Source: a virus. Taken from it: 64,000 nucleotides of DNA. This document shows positions 1 through 8,296 of the stretch, piece by piece. The DNA lies in the IMG/VR virus record IMGVR_UViG_3300042868_012782, positions 18,771 to 82,770 of that record; one strand, 5' to 3'. The notes beneath the pieces were generated by a model. It was not told the origin of the DNA. It saw only the letters and a list, made by a program, of their open reading frames with translations, and did not search any database. Numbering within the stretch: position 1 is the first letter of the stretch; every line of letters begins with the position of its first letter. The translations under genes and the position numbers were made by a program.

Positions 1-15
1 ACATGAAAGGGGTGC

Positions 16-183
16 ATGATGACAGACAAGGAAATCGTTGAATTTCTCAGACGCGCTGCGCGCAACCCAGGGTCGTGGGACGTCCCAGGACTCCTGTTGG
101 ATGCCGCAGACAGGATCGAGAAAATTACAGTGGCGAAAGGCAATGAGTTCAAGATGGAGATATTCAGTGAACGACCTAGCTAG
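16..183 (+). CDS. small hypothetical phage protein (55 aa, MMTDKEIVEFLRR...LLLDAADRIE), not in ORF track
   Basis: Manual translation; AAAGGGG upstream of the ATG. Confidence 0.55.
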   Translation: MMTDKEIVEFLRRAARNPGSWDVPGLLLDAADRIEKITVAKGNEFKMEIFSERPS

Positions 184-352
184 CCTAATAGACGAAGCCT
201 GCGGACGAAAAACAGGCAACGAAACCTGGAAGATTGCGGCTCTCCTGTCTGCACTGAACGCTGTTCTGAGGCGAGTGGATGCGCAGGGGATGGATGATGA
301 CGATGATGTTCTGAGTAATGCCCGGAAAGTTATTGAGCGAGTGGGAATGTAA
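143..352 (+). CDS. hypothetical protein
   Basis: 3' part of ORF 38..352; ATG 143 preferred. Confidence 0.5.
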   Translation: MSSRWRYSVNDLASLIDEACGRKTGNETWKIAALLSALNAVLRRVDAQGMDDDDDVLSNARKVIERVGM

Positions 353-409
353 TAGGATTGGATGCACAGGAATGTGGGGAAGAAACCCCACTCAACACAG
401 GAGACAGTA

Positions 410-619
410 ATGACAGATCTTGAAGCAGATGTGCGACACCTGACCGACAACGCCCTCTCGGCGTTGGCCACCAATGCAGCAGACATTAAGATGCGGCTGC
501 GGAGAGGCGAGGAGGTCGCCCAAGAGGAAATCCAGGCGCTTTCCGCACTGGTCGCAACTGCCCTCGGGGCGTTTCAGTTGCGGAGCATTGTCGAATCATA
601 CGAGGGAGTTAACTCGTGA
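410..619 (+). CDS. hypothetical protein
   Basis: AGGAG RBS before ATG 410. Confidence 0.65.
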   Translation: MTDLEADVRHLTDNALSALATNAADIKMRLRRGEEVAQEEIQALSALVATALGAFQLRSIVESYEGVNS

Positions 620-768
620 ACCGTAGCCTCTCCCAGTACTGGGACGCGATGGGCGGCGATCCAGAGCTGGATCTGCTGAATAACGACGAAGAGCTGCTTC
701 GGCGCGAGGCCGAGGCAGGGGGGGAGGAGACGGAGGGGGCGACTCCCGAGGACAAAAAGATTTTCTGA
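616..768 (+). CDS. small acidic hypothetical protein (50 aa)
   Basis: GTGA overlap with the previous stop; GAGGGAG RBS. Confidence 0.55.
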   Translation: MNRSLSQYWDAMGGDPELDLLNNDEELLRREAEAGGEETEGATPEDKKIF

Positions 769-789
769 TCATTTACCAAGGAGGTTCTT

Positions 790-1086
790 ATGTGTGTGTT
801 TTGCGACGAGTCGATTGAGATTGCCTTAATGGCAATGGACGGATACAAGTTCATTCGCAGCAAGGGAGGCGTTCAGAGCAAGAGCGCTATTGTTGCAGCC
901 ATCCTGTGGAATGACATTTTTCAGGGGGGAATTGATCAACGAGGCGTCATGCTAAAGGCATTTGAGGCAATGGTTATACATAGGATGATCCTGCCGTCTG
1001 GGGACGGCTGGGTGTGGAATGCGGAGTACAAACCGTCACCAGATGACGCATGGATCGAAGACGAAGAGTTCGTTGGTAAGGAGTAG
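790..1086 (+). CDS. hypothetical protein
   Basis: AAGGAGG RBS. Confidence 0.7.
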   Translation: MCVFCDESIEIALMAMDGYKFIRSKGGVQSKSAIVAAILWNDIFQGGIDQRGVMLKAFEAMVIHRMILPSGDGWVWNAEYKPSPDDAWIEDEEFVGKE

Positions 1087-1089
1087 CCG

Positions 1090-1233
1090 ATGAATAGGAT
1101 AGGATGCCTGCTGATCGCAGTCCTCTGTGGATGCGCATCAACCCGACAGGAAGTCGCAATAAACCTACAGTTTGACCCAGCCATGCCTCAGAGGACTGGG
1201 AAGGTCGACATCATTGTGCATCTTGTGAAATAG
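1090..1233 (+). CDS. small lipoprotein (47 aa)
   Basis: MNRIGCLLIAVLCG-CAST: signal peptide with lipobox; AAGGAG RBS. Confidence 0.65.
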   Translation: MNRIGCLLIAVLCGCASTRQEVAINLQFDPAMPQRTGKVDIIVHLVK

Positions 1234-1258
1234 ACATTCATTACCAGGAGGAACGCAT

Positions 1259-1438
1259 ATGAAAAAGGGTTTGTCTTTAACGCGCCGAGAAGGAGAAACA
1301 TGCACTTGCAGTATTGGAGGCACGACAATGATAATAGAGGTCGAGGCGATGGAAGGTAACCGCGTAAGGCTCAGGTTCGTGGCAGATCAGTCAGTCACGA
1401 TTCTCAGAACAGAACTGGTAAGGGCGGGTGGGAAATGA
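1259..1438 (+). CDS. csrA: CsrA/RsmA-family translational regulator (59 aa), missed by ORF track
   Basis: MKKGLSLTRREGET...IIEVEAMEGNRVRLRFVADQSVTILRTEL matches the CsrA pattern LxLTRRxGE...GNxVRL...V.IxRxEL; AGGAGG RBS. Confidence 0.85.
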   Translation: MKKGLSLTRREGETCTCSIGGTTMIIEVEAMEGNRVRLRFVADQSVTILRTELVRAGGK

Positions 1439-1512
1439 CTGCTCTCCTACTGCTGTATGCCTTTTGCATTGTCATGACCCAAAGAATCGTTAGGGAGGTC
1501 ATTGAGTCATGA
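1435..1512 (+). CDS. 25-aa hydrophobic micropeptide
   Basis: ATGA overlaps at both ends, coupling csrA to the LexA-like gene. Confidence 0.45.
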   Translation: MTALLLLYAFCIVMTQRIVREVIES

Positions 1513-1829
1513 GAGGAAGAAAACCCATCCAGGAGCTGACAGATAAGCAACGTACGGTATTGCGATTAATGATTAGCTTCGTTAGCCAGAACGGATTTCA
1601 GCCTACCCGCAAAGAACTTTCTGCGCGGGAAGGAACAACCCCCCATGCGGTTACGCAGAAGATATGGTCTCTTCAAGATAAGGGATTCTTGGTTGCTAGC
1701 GAGGGGGGCGGGGAGCGAAGCCTGACGATACGCGGCATCAAATTCGAGCCGTGTATCGACCGGGATGGCCTAACCGAGGAGCAATGCCTAGAGCTTGAGG
1801 CAATCCTCCAAGAAATTTCCGACGATTAG
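1509..1829 (+). CDS. LexA-type DNA-binding (wHTH) protein without the peptidase domain
   Basis: LTDKQRTVLRLMISFVSQNGFQPTRKELS...LQDKGFL...RSL matches the LexA N-domain. Confidence 0.8.
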   Translation: MRGRKPIQELTDKQRTVLRLMISFVSQNGFQPTRKELSAREGTTPHAVTQKIWSLQDKGFLVASEGGGERSLTIRGIKFEPCIDRDGLTEEQCLELEAILQEISDD

Positions 1830-2341
1830 GCGCCGACTTTGTTGCGCCAAATTTCAACTCCTGGTCCGGCTGCCCTGAACACTTGTGTTCCAAACAGTCG
1901 GACCACTGTTAAAATTTTAGAGGCCAACGCTGAAAAGGCTTTCTGGCCAGCGGGCGCATCTAGCGCCCCTGACCAAACCTCTTGTCCTGCAACGTGAGCC
2001 AGACCAACTTCAGTTAAATGTGCTGCTACTGGATAAAATACAATTCCACTTTTGTCAGGCCTATCTTCCTCAGACAACCAACCAAGCAACCACCCACAAT
2101 TCCATTGGCCGCAAACATCAGGACGCAAGGGATCTGTCCATATTGAACAGCCACCACCACTTTTTCGGTGAGCGCAGTCGCAATATGACTCTTTAGATAG
2201 TTCTCTGACCTCGAGGACGTAGCAGCACGCATCGCACTCGCTACACTTTCGTTCAAAGATTGTTGGAATGGGAATTTTTTTCATAAACACAACATCGGAT
2301 TTTACAAACGGCTCCCCGGTTACTATAGTCTGTTCAGACAT
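1826..2341 (-). CDS. YkgJ-like CxxCxxCC metal/Fe-S cluster protein
   Basis: CSECDACC...C.H...GCSIW...RPDVC..WNCGW. Confidence 0.7.
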   Translation of the reverse strand: MSEQTIVTGEPFVKSDVVFMKKIPIPTIFERKCSECDACCYVLEVRELSKESYCDCAHRKSGGGCSIWTDPLRPDVCGQWNCGWLLGWLSEEDRPDKSGIVFYPVAAHLTEVGLAHVAGQEVWSGALDAPAGQKAFSALASKILTVVRLFGTQVFRAAGPGVEIWRNKVGA

Positions 2342-2349
2342 AGCCCCCG

Positions 2350-2760
2350 GCTGGGCAACTCCCGCATCCAGGAAGGCCGAGGCCGTTGGGTGCAGGTCGC
2401 TGGGATCGACCGTCGAGAAGTCCCCTTCAGATTAGTTAATGACAATCTGTAGCTGATGCAGTGCCTGGTGAGGTTAAGAGGGATTCACGGCCAGGGCTGG
2501 GGAACGCCCCAGGCTGCTTTGGGATTGCCCATCACAGGTGGGACCAAGGCGGTAAAAACGGTAAGTCCTGCGTCAAACCCCTGACTTTAGGTGGTTTCGC
2601 TGGGACCCCTCACGTCTACTAAGTAATATCAGGTCTACTATTCCGGCGGCTCGTAGGCCGACAACAGCCTTAAGTGGGCAGAAATCTGAATGATAATCAG
2701 CACCACACAACTGACAGCAGGCCATACAATTGCGTCGACAAGAAGGCTCCCTTGTCAGCC
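2350..2760 (+). ncRNA. candidate large structured non-coding RNA (family unknown, ends approximate)
   Basis: ORF-free gap with many nested stems, including a three-way junction at 2458-2517; most G-U wobbles favour +. Confidence 0.45.
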
Positions 2761-2871
2761 AAACGCTCCAAGATTAACTCGCGGTAATAAATGTCGATAC
2801 CTCCAATATCACGCAACAAAAGTAACTCAAGAAACACTAGAGTAAGGACATGAGATTGAATTAATCTCTAC

Positions 2872-2878
2872 CGGTGTA
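2872..2878 (+). promoter_or_regulatory. CGGTGTA candidate phage promoter element
   Basis: Same 7-mer recurs in intergenic positions before several genes. Confidence 0.45.
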
Positions 2879-2917
2879 AGCGACCATGTGGCTATATCGG
2901 AAGTGATGAGAAGTAAG

Positions 2918-3340
2918 ATGATTGAAAGGCGGGGAAATCTGTGGAGAGAATCGGGATGGAAGTTAATTCCTACAGGTGGTGTATTGCAGATGAGCAAAAT
3001 TGGACCACGCCTGGTGATGGGGGAAGGATTTGCTGCTGAGGCACTACTTCAATATCCAGATATTGATAAAGTGTGGGGAGAACGCATTTGTCGTCATGGC
3101 AATATGCCTTACCCAATAAATGAAAAACTTTTGATAAATTTTCCAGTAAGACATCACAACTACGGATCGCTAGACTTAGCACTCATACGTGCGTCGTCGC
3201 AATGGATTGCTTCTTGGGCTTGCCGCACAGATCCCGACGAGATTTTTGTTCCGATGATGGGCGGAAGATCCTGGAGACAGGTTAGGCCGCTGCTGGAAGG
3301 AATTCTTGATGACCGATTTGTTGTGTTGTCGCAAGTCTAA
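2918..3340 (+). CDS. macrodomain (Poa1p/DarG-like ADP-ribose-binding) protein
   Basis: GNLW...IPT.G...VMGEGFA...INFPVRHH...W.QVRPLL..ILDDRF. Confidence 0.7.
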   Translation: MIERRGNLWRESGWKLIPTGGVLQMSKIGPRLVMGEGFAAEALLQYPDIDKVWGERICRHGNMPYPINEKLLINFPVRHHNYGSLDLALIRASSQWIASWACRTDPDEIFVPMMGGRSWRQVRPLLEGILDDRFVVLSQV

Positions 3341-3443
3341 GTTAGGTCAGCCGGACAGTCACTACCAATCATTAGTATGTCAAGGGACAATGTTCTTAGG
3401 TAGGGCGGGGTATTCAGTTATGAACACAGCCGGAGCCGCCACA

Positions 3444-3911
3444 ATGGATGCCACTGTCGAATATATGATCCGCAGCCACCTTTCGGATGTAGTAGAGGTG
3501 GAAAAAGCAGCGTGGACTATCAGCGATCCTGATTTTGGAGACTTCGTGTGCCCGCTTGCCTGGGGAGAAGACAGGTTCGTGTCGGAGGTCAGGCGGAAAA
3601 ACACAGTGCTATTTGTGGTTCTTGAGGGCGATCTGGTTGTTGGGTACGCTTGCGTTTCAAAAGAAAAAAATCGCAACACCAATACAATTGAGCGATTAGT
3701 TGTTCACCCGCAGTTCTGTAGGCGTGGACTAGGATCAGCGCTACTGCTTGATATCATGGCTAGGTCTAATTCAGTTAAATATCAATCCCAGGTGCGCGAA
3801 CACGACGACACATCCATTGCGTTTTTTACATCTCTCGGATGGACAGGTAAGTTTTCGCGAAATCTTTACGGACGAGACACAAACGGCATCGTTTTCTCTC
3901 AGCCACAATAG
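3444..3911 (+). CDS. RimI-like GNAT acetyltransferase
   Basis: LVVHPQFCRRGLGSALL acetyl-CoA motif; VREHD..SIAFF..LGW. Confidence 0.85.
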   Translation: MDATVEYMIRSHLSDVVEVEKAAWTISDPDFGDFVCPLAWGEDRFVSEVRRKNTVLFVVLEGDLVVGYACVSKEKNRNTNTIERLVVHPQFCRRGLGSALLLDIMARSNSVKYQSQVREHDDTSIAFFTSLGWTGKFSRNLYGRDTNGIVFSQPQ

Positions 3912-3977
3912 CTTTATAAAGCTGCGGCTTGAACATATAATCCATTAAGGGAAAATATAATCTTTCCGGAAAAAACA

Positions 3978-5624
3978 ATGCGCTATCTGTCTGTTTGTTC
4001 GGGAATTGAAGCAGCAAGCACAGCGTGGCACATCCTAGGATGGACGCCTGTTGCTTTTAGCGAGATTGAATCATTTCCGGCAGCAGTTCTTGCCCAGCGG
4101 TTTCCAGACGTTCCTAACTGGGGGGACATGACCAAGTGGAGAGATTGGCCCGATGCAACAATTGAACTTCTCGTGGGAGGAACCCCATGCCAATCGTTCT
4201 CAGTCGCCGGACTCCGGCAGGGACTCAAAGACGCACGCGGCGGACTCATGCTTGACTTTGTTGGGATCGCTAGACGTTACAGACCTAGATGGTTCATTTG
4301 GGAAAATGTCCCCGGCGTTTTATCATCCGGGGGAGGACGGGATTTTGGAACCCTCCTCGGGGCGATGGGGGACCTGGGGTATAAGCTCGCCTATAGGGTT
4401 CTTGACGCTCAGTGGGTCCGAACACAACAATTTCCAAACGCAGTGCCCCAACGCAGACGACGTGTCTTCCTTATCGGATATCTTGGAGACAGGAATCGTG
4501 CAGCAGAGGTACTTTTTGAGCGCGAAAGCTTGCGCGGGAATCCTCCGGCGCGCCGAAAAACGAGGCAAGACTTTGCCAGAGATGTTGCACCGAGCCTTAC
4601 TGGCAGTGGTAGAGGGGTCGAAAGAACAGGAGAAACCCGAGGACAAGATCCAGTAATTGGATGTTGGTGGAATGGTGATCGCATCAGTCAGACTCTTGAT
4701 GCCGTACTAGCCAAAGGGCAGACAATGCCTGAAAAAAATAGATTTCCTGCTGTGCTTGTGCCAGCATCTGAGGTCGTCGAGCAAAGATGGCCTGCCGATG
4801 TCGCACCTACCCTACATGCAAAATTTGGCGACAAGTTGGGGCTAGAAAATCAACACATTGACTCCAACGCAGGAGGAATGTTTGTACTAAGCAAAGCGCA
4901 ATCGAATGTCTCTCAGGTGGCGCCAATTTTTCGAGCTGAAAGCACCATAATTTGTTTTGAGCCAGGCGTTGCTAGCCGCGATGGTGGACACACCTACTAC
5001 GATGTTTGTGGCACCATCCGTAGTCAACCCGGCGACAACAGGATGACAGTAGCATTTCATCTAACGCAGGATCCTATCTGCAGCACGGAAGTCTGCCACT
5101 CGTTATCTTCTGGGACGAAAAATGGATGCTCAACTGCGGCAGCTATGTGCTACACCACCATTGAAGTTCGACACGCTGGCATTGACTGCGGTAAGGGCAA
5201 AGTCGAAGCAATCGCTATTCAGGATTCACGCGGTATCGACAAGATTCAGAATGGTAAGGGCTGGAACGAGGAAGGCTCAAGCTACACAGTGGACACCGTC
5301 GCCTCTCAAGGGGTAGCGATTTGCGCTACTGGGGAACGCACACATACACTGACAGGAAACGGGTTTGATGCCTCTGAAGACGGAACAGGGAGGGGGAATC
5401 CAATTGTCGCTCAGTCCATGGTCGTACGCCGACTAACCCCGTTAGAATGCGAGAGACTGCAGGGGTTTCCTGACGGACACACCGACATCTCGGTCAGGAA
5501 TAAGCCAGCAGCAGACGCACCACGATACAAATCTCTTGGCAATTCCATGGCGGTAAACTGCATGCAGTTTCTTGGAGAAAGAATAAATGCAGCAGATCAA
5601 AAAGCTAGGGAGCTACTAGAATGA
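3978..5624 (+). CDS. dcm: DNA (cytosine-5) methyltransferase with long variable region
   Basis: SVCSGI, GGTPCQ, ENVPG, QRRRRVF, RRLTPLECERLQGFPD, LGNSMAV. Confidence 0.95.
   Translation: MRYLSVCSGIEAASTAWHILGWTPVAFSEIESFPAAVLAQRFPDVPNWGDMTKWRDWPDATIELLVGGTPCQSFSVAGLRQGLKDARGGLMLDFVGIARRYRPRWFIWENVPGVLSSGGGRDFGTLLGAMGDLGYKLAYRVLDAQWVRTQQFPNAVPQRRRRVFLIGYLGDRNRAAEVLFERESLRGNPPARRKTRQDFARDVAPSLTGSGRGVERTGETRGQDPVIGCWWNGDRISQTLDAVLAKGQTMPEKNRFPAVLVPASEVVEQRWPADVAPTLHAKFGDKLGLENQHIDSNAGGMFVLSKAQSNVSQVAPIFRAESTIICFEPGVASRDGGHTYYDVCGTIRSQPGDNRMTVAFHLTQDPICSTEVCHSLSSGTKNGCSTAAAMCYTTIEVRHAGIDCGKGKVEAIAIQDSRGIDKIQNGKGWNEEGSSYTVDTVASQGVAICATGERTHTLTGNGFDASEDGTGRGNPIVAQSMVVRRLTPLECERLQGFPDGHTDISVRNKPAADAPRYKSLGNSMAVNCMQFLGERINAADQKARELLE
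4153..4656 (+). CDS. nested alternative-frame ORF resembling the M.EcoHK31I beta polypeptide
   Basis: +1 frame inside dcm; SLSDILETG...YFLSAKACAGILRRAEKRGKTLP..L..AL. Confidence 0.7.
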   Translation: MQQLNFSWEEPHANRSQSPDSGRDSKTHAADSCLTLLGSLDVTDLDGSFGKMSPAFYHPGEDGILEPSSGRWGTWGISSPIGFLTLSGSEHNNFQTQCPNADDVSSLSDILETGIVQQRYFLSAKACAGILRRAEKRGKTLPEMLHRALLAVVEGSKEQEKPEDKIQ

Positions 5625-5827
5625 GCGCTATTGAGCACCTCGAGGAAGCTAGTGCAACACTAGGTGATCTCCTGCGGATTGCCTCTGATCCTAATCTGAA
5701 AGCCAAGATCGCCCGTGCTTATGCCGACGTGTCGATTGCCTTGGTTAAGATTGTGGGGGACCAGGGGAGGTTGTGTCGTGTACAGACCATGGGTCGGGAC
5801 GATGAAGCTTCAGCAAGCAGCAGATAA
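5621..5827 (+). CDS. hypothetical protein
   Basis: ATGA-coupled to dcm. Confidence 0.6.
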   Translation: MSAIEHLEEASATLGDLLRIASDPNLKAKIARAYADVSIALVKIVGDQGRLCRVQTMGRDDEASASSR

Positions 5828-6056
5828 GGCAGCCAGCCGAGACATTCTTCAGACACTAGAGATTACCATTGAGGATTCCGGAGAAGGCCACTACGCAATC
5901 CTTAAGACCGGACGATGGGCAATCAGGGCAAATGAATTGCTGGGCTTGGCTCGGTATCTTAAGGGACTCTGTGTGGACGCAGACAAATCCATTGATGAAG
6001 CCATGGAGCAAGTCGATTTTCCAGGCTCCGATCTGCTTTCAGGAGTATCAGAGTGA
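5802..6056 (+). CDS. hypothetical protein
   Basis: 3' part of ORF 5715..6056. Confidence 0.55.
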   Translation: MKLQQAADKAASRDILQTLEITIEDSGEGHYAILKTGRWAIRANELLGLARYLKGLCVDADKSIDEAMEQVDFPGSDLLSGVSE

Positions 6057-6169
6057 CCCACATATTAATTTTTCTCATTGTCTTTCCTTTAGCATACGGT
6101 TTAGCCGAAGTTTTTTCTGGACGACTAAGCGACGACGGTCGAGATGTCGACCTAGTGGAGGATTGAACC

Positions 6170-6373
6170 ATGGCTCATATCGTTAAACCTGGGCACCTAA
6201 GACCAACAGTATTCCGCGGACGGTGTCCGACATGCAGGGCTGTCATCGAGGCTGATCGAACTGAGCTAACATGTGAGACCTGTCCACGAGAAGGATACGA
6301 GTTTTCTCATTTCTCATGCTTACAATGCGATGGGCGAATGGTGCTTTACCCGCGGAAAGACAAGAGTATTTGA
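6170..6373 (+). CDS. small Zn-ribbon protein
   Basis: CPTC...CLQC; GGAGG RBS. Confidence 0.65.
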   Translation: MAHIVKPGHLRPTVFRGRCPTCRAVIEADRTELTCETCPREGYEFSHFSCLQCDGRMVLYPRKDKSI

Positions 6374-6374
6374 C

Positions 6375-6680
6375 ATGGGCGACGACATACTGAATGACAT
6401 TGAGATTTCGCACTGCGACAATCGTGACAGAACTCACTGGGATGGATGCGCTGCGACCCATATTGAGTGTGCTGTTACCTATCTGGTTAAGCGAGCTAGG
6501 TCTGCCGAGGCGCGGGTATGGAAATTGGAGATTGAGATAGACAGACTGCAAACTTCTATCCGCAATACTGTCTTGCAAATGTCCGCAAAAACCAAGGTCT
6601 CACCCCAAGAGTGGCTTGACTGGGGCAGACTTGTACTGGGTGAGGATTTATCCAATGGAAACCCTAGTTGTCCTCGCTAA
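6375..6680 (+). CDS. hypothetical protein
   Basis: Starts right after the previous stop. Confidence 0.6.
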   Translation: MGDDILNDIEISHCDNRDRTHWDGCAATHIECAVTYLVKRARSAEARVWKLEIEIDRLQTSIRNTVLQMSAKTKVSPQEWLDWGRLVLGEDLSNGNPSCPR

Positions 6681-7224
6681 AATCATCTTCTGGATATCGG
6701 TCGCCAGCAACCATTACCAGTGGATGCGCCCTCTACTTAATAATGTGACAATATATAACTTTGTTCGAGCCGAAGCATTCGCTAAGGGATACTTCTATCC
6801 GTGGGAAGCAGCGCCTGGTCCTTCGATCCTAGCTGACCTTCACTACGCTATCCAGTCTTGCCGCGATGATCCTCCAGAGGATCTGCTCTACCTGCATCTC
6901 TACGTCAGGACATGCCCAGAAGCCAGGGGCGGGACATTTTACTGGTGTCATCTAGAATTAAACCGTCAGTTCAGATCGCACTGCGAAGCCCAGGAGACTT
7001 TGGGGGGACATCATGCTGCAGTGTGGTCTTCCGTTCGCAAAGAAGCAGAATTCCTCCATGGTATCTATTTAGCTCTAGACATGCTATCAAGTGAGAACGT
7101 GTGTCTTTATAGACGCAGGCAGCATTTGGCTTTCGTTCGTCGCAGCCTAGGGGACAAGTTGTTTGAGTTGGGATACGTACCTCCGGTCGTTCCAGTTCAT
7201 AGGTTCACCCGCATCGACCCTTAA
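6655..7224 (+). CDS. hypothetical protein
   Basis: GAGG RBS; long ORF. Confidence 0.65.
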   Translation: METLVVLAKIIFWISVASNHYQWMRPLLNNVTIYNFVRAEAFAKGYFYPWEAAPGPSILADLHYAIQSCRDDPPEDLLYLHLYVRTCPEARGGTFYWCHLELNRQFRSHCEAQETLGGHHAAVWSSVRKEAEFLHGIYLALDMLSSENVCLYRRRQHLAFVRRSLGDKLFELGYVPPVVPVHRFTRIDP

Positions 7225-7292
7225 TGAGCTTGATTTATAGTCTCTCGACAACTATCAAATACTTGTTCGCTTTCACATACTAGGAGGGTACA

Positions 7293-7553
7293 GTGATGAT
7301 GAGCTTTGTCTTGTGCGCGATCTTGACTTTGGGAGCTTCCAACGGCACCGCCCAGGGCGCTGCTGAAATTCAGGCGTCTAGGGGACGGATGTCTCATGTC
7401 GGGGGCAACAGGGGGTACGAGGGGGTGGGATTTTCCACATCCAGTGCCCAGGCCGCCATCCGGAACTGCTGCTATTGGGGCAGGAAGACACCAGTAGACA
7501 TCGGCGTTTGCCGCGGCCGCAATGGCTGGTATGCGTGCGTTCGATACCGATGA
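7293..7553 (+). CDS. small secreted Cys/Gly-rich protein, minimal CAP/SCP-like
   Basis: Signal peptide; MSH..G..YEGVG...CCYW...DIGV..G..GWYAC. Confidence 0.6.
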   Translation: MMMSFVLCAILTLGASNGTAQGAAEIQASRGRMSHVGGNRGYEGVGFSTSSAQAAIRNCCYWGRKTPVDIGVCRGRNGWYACVRYR

Positions 7554-7566
7554 TTTGGAGCAATTT

Positions 7567-7746
7567 ATGATGCAGTTTTTGTATTTAGAGTTCTGGTGGG
7601 CGATTCATAATCTCGTCGCCCACCCATTGTCCCAGTTGGCCTGGTGGGCAAGCCTTTTTGGAACAATTAAGTGCCTGGCTTTTTTTAGCGAATGGGTACA
7701 CGACTGGACTGTCCCTATTCACGACGAAGATGGTGGCAGAGGATGA
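7567..7746 (+). CDS. hypothetical protein
   Basis: GGAG RBS; HNLVAHPL...HDWTVP. Confidence 0.6.
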   Translation: MMQFLYLEFWWAIHNLVAHPLSQLAWWASLFGTIKCLAFFSEWVHDWTVPIHDEDGGRG

Positions 7747-7946
7747 GCATGAATTACTCTGTTACTATCATCAGGACGCAAAAATATCTTGTCGAGGTTA
7801 CCTCTGGCAATCGATACGATGCGCTTTTCGAGGCCGAAGCGCTTGTGGCAGAGGATCCATTTAAATACGAAGCGGAAGCTAGTACCGTTTCAGTGGTAAA
7901 AAATCAGTGTAGTCCAGGCTATGAATGGGTAAACAAGCATGAGTGA
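7743..7946 (+). CDS. hypothetical protein
   Basis: ATGA coupling. Confidence 0.6.
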   Translation: MSMNYSVTIIRTQKYLVEVTSGNRYDALFEAEALVAEDPFKYEAEASTVSVVKNQCSPGYEWVNKHE

Positions 7947-8091
7947 AGAAGAATGGGAACAACAACCAACCTCGCTGTTGTTGTCGACGCTTGCCTTTGG
8001 TTTTTTCTGCTGTATCGCTTCGGGAATGATGGCTGCTTTTTTGTATTGTTTTTGCTTGCTTATTGAAGTGGTCATAATCGCTTTCTCTTGA
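7939..8091 (+). CDS. small membrane protein (50 aa)
   Basis: Manual translation; long hydrophobic stretch. Confidence 0.5.
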   Translation: MSEEEWEQQPTSLLLSTLAFGFFCCIASGMMAAFLYCFCLLIEVVIIAFS

Positions 8092-8101
8092 GTTAAGAAT
8101 T

Positions 8102-8293
8102 ATGACAATTTCAACGCATGTTAACGCAATCATTTCTCTTGCTCAGGGACTCGATAAGAATTGGGCGTCAACTTCCGGAATGGTGAAAGTCACTTATCTT
8201 TCTCTGATTCAGAAGTGGGCCAGACAGCTTGAAGAGATTGCTGTGTCCGAAATTAAAGCGCTAAAACCAGTCAGGAAAGTCAGGAAGGAATAA
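8102..8293 (+). CDS. hypothetical protein
   Basis: ORF in tight co-directional array. Confidence 0.55.
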   Translation: MTISTHVNAIISLAQGLDKNWASTSGMVKVTYLSLIQKWARQLEEIAVSEIKALKPVRKVRKE

Positions 8294-8296
8294 GAC

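Noticed and set aside
2400-2680. RNase P, tmRNA or group I intron identity for the structured region
   Set aside because: Only partial likeness (GAGAAGTCC); no P4 partner, tRNA-like ends or P7 R/S elements found
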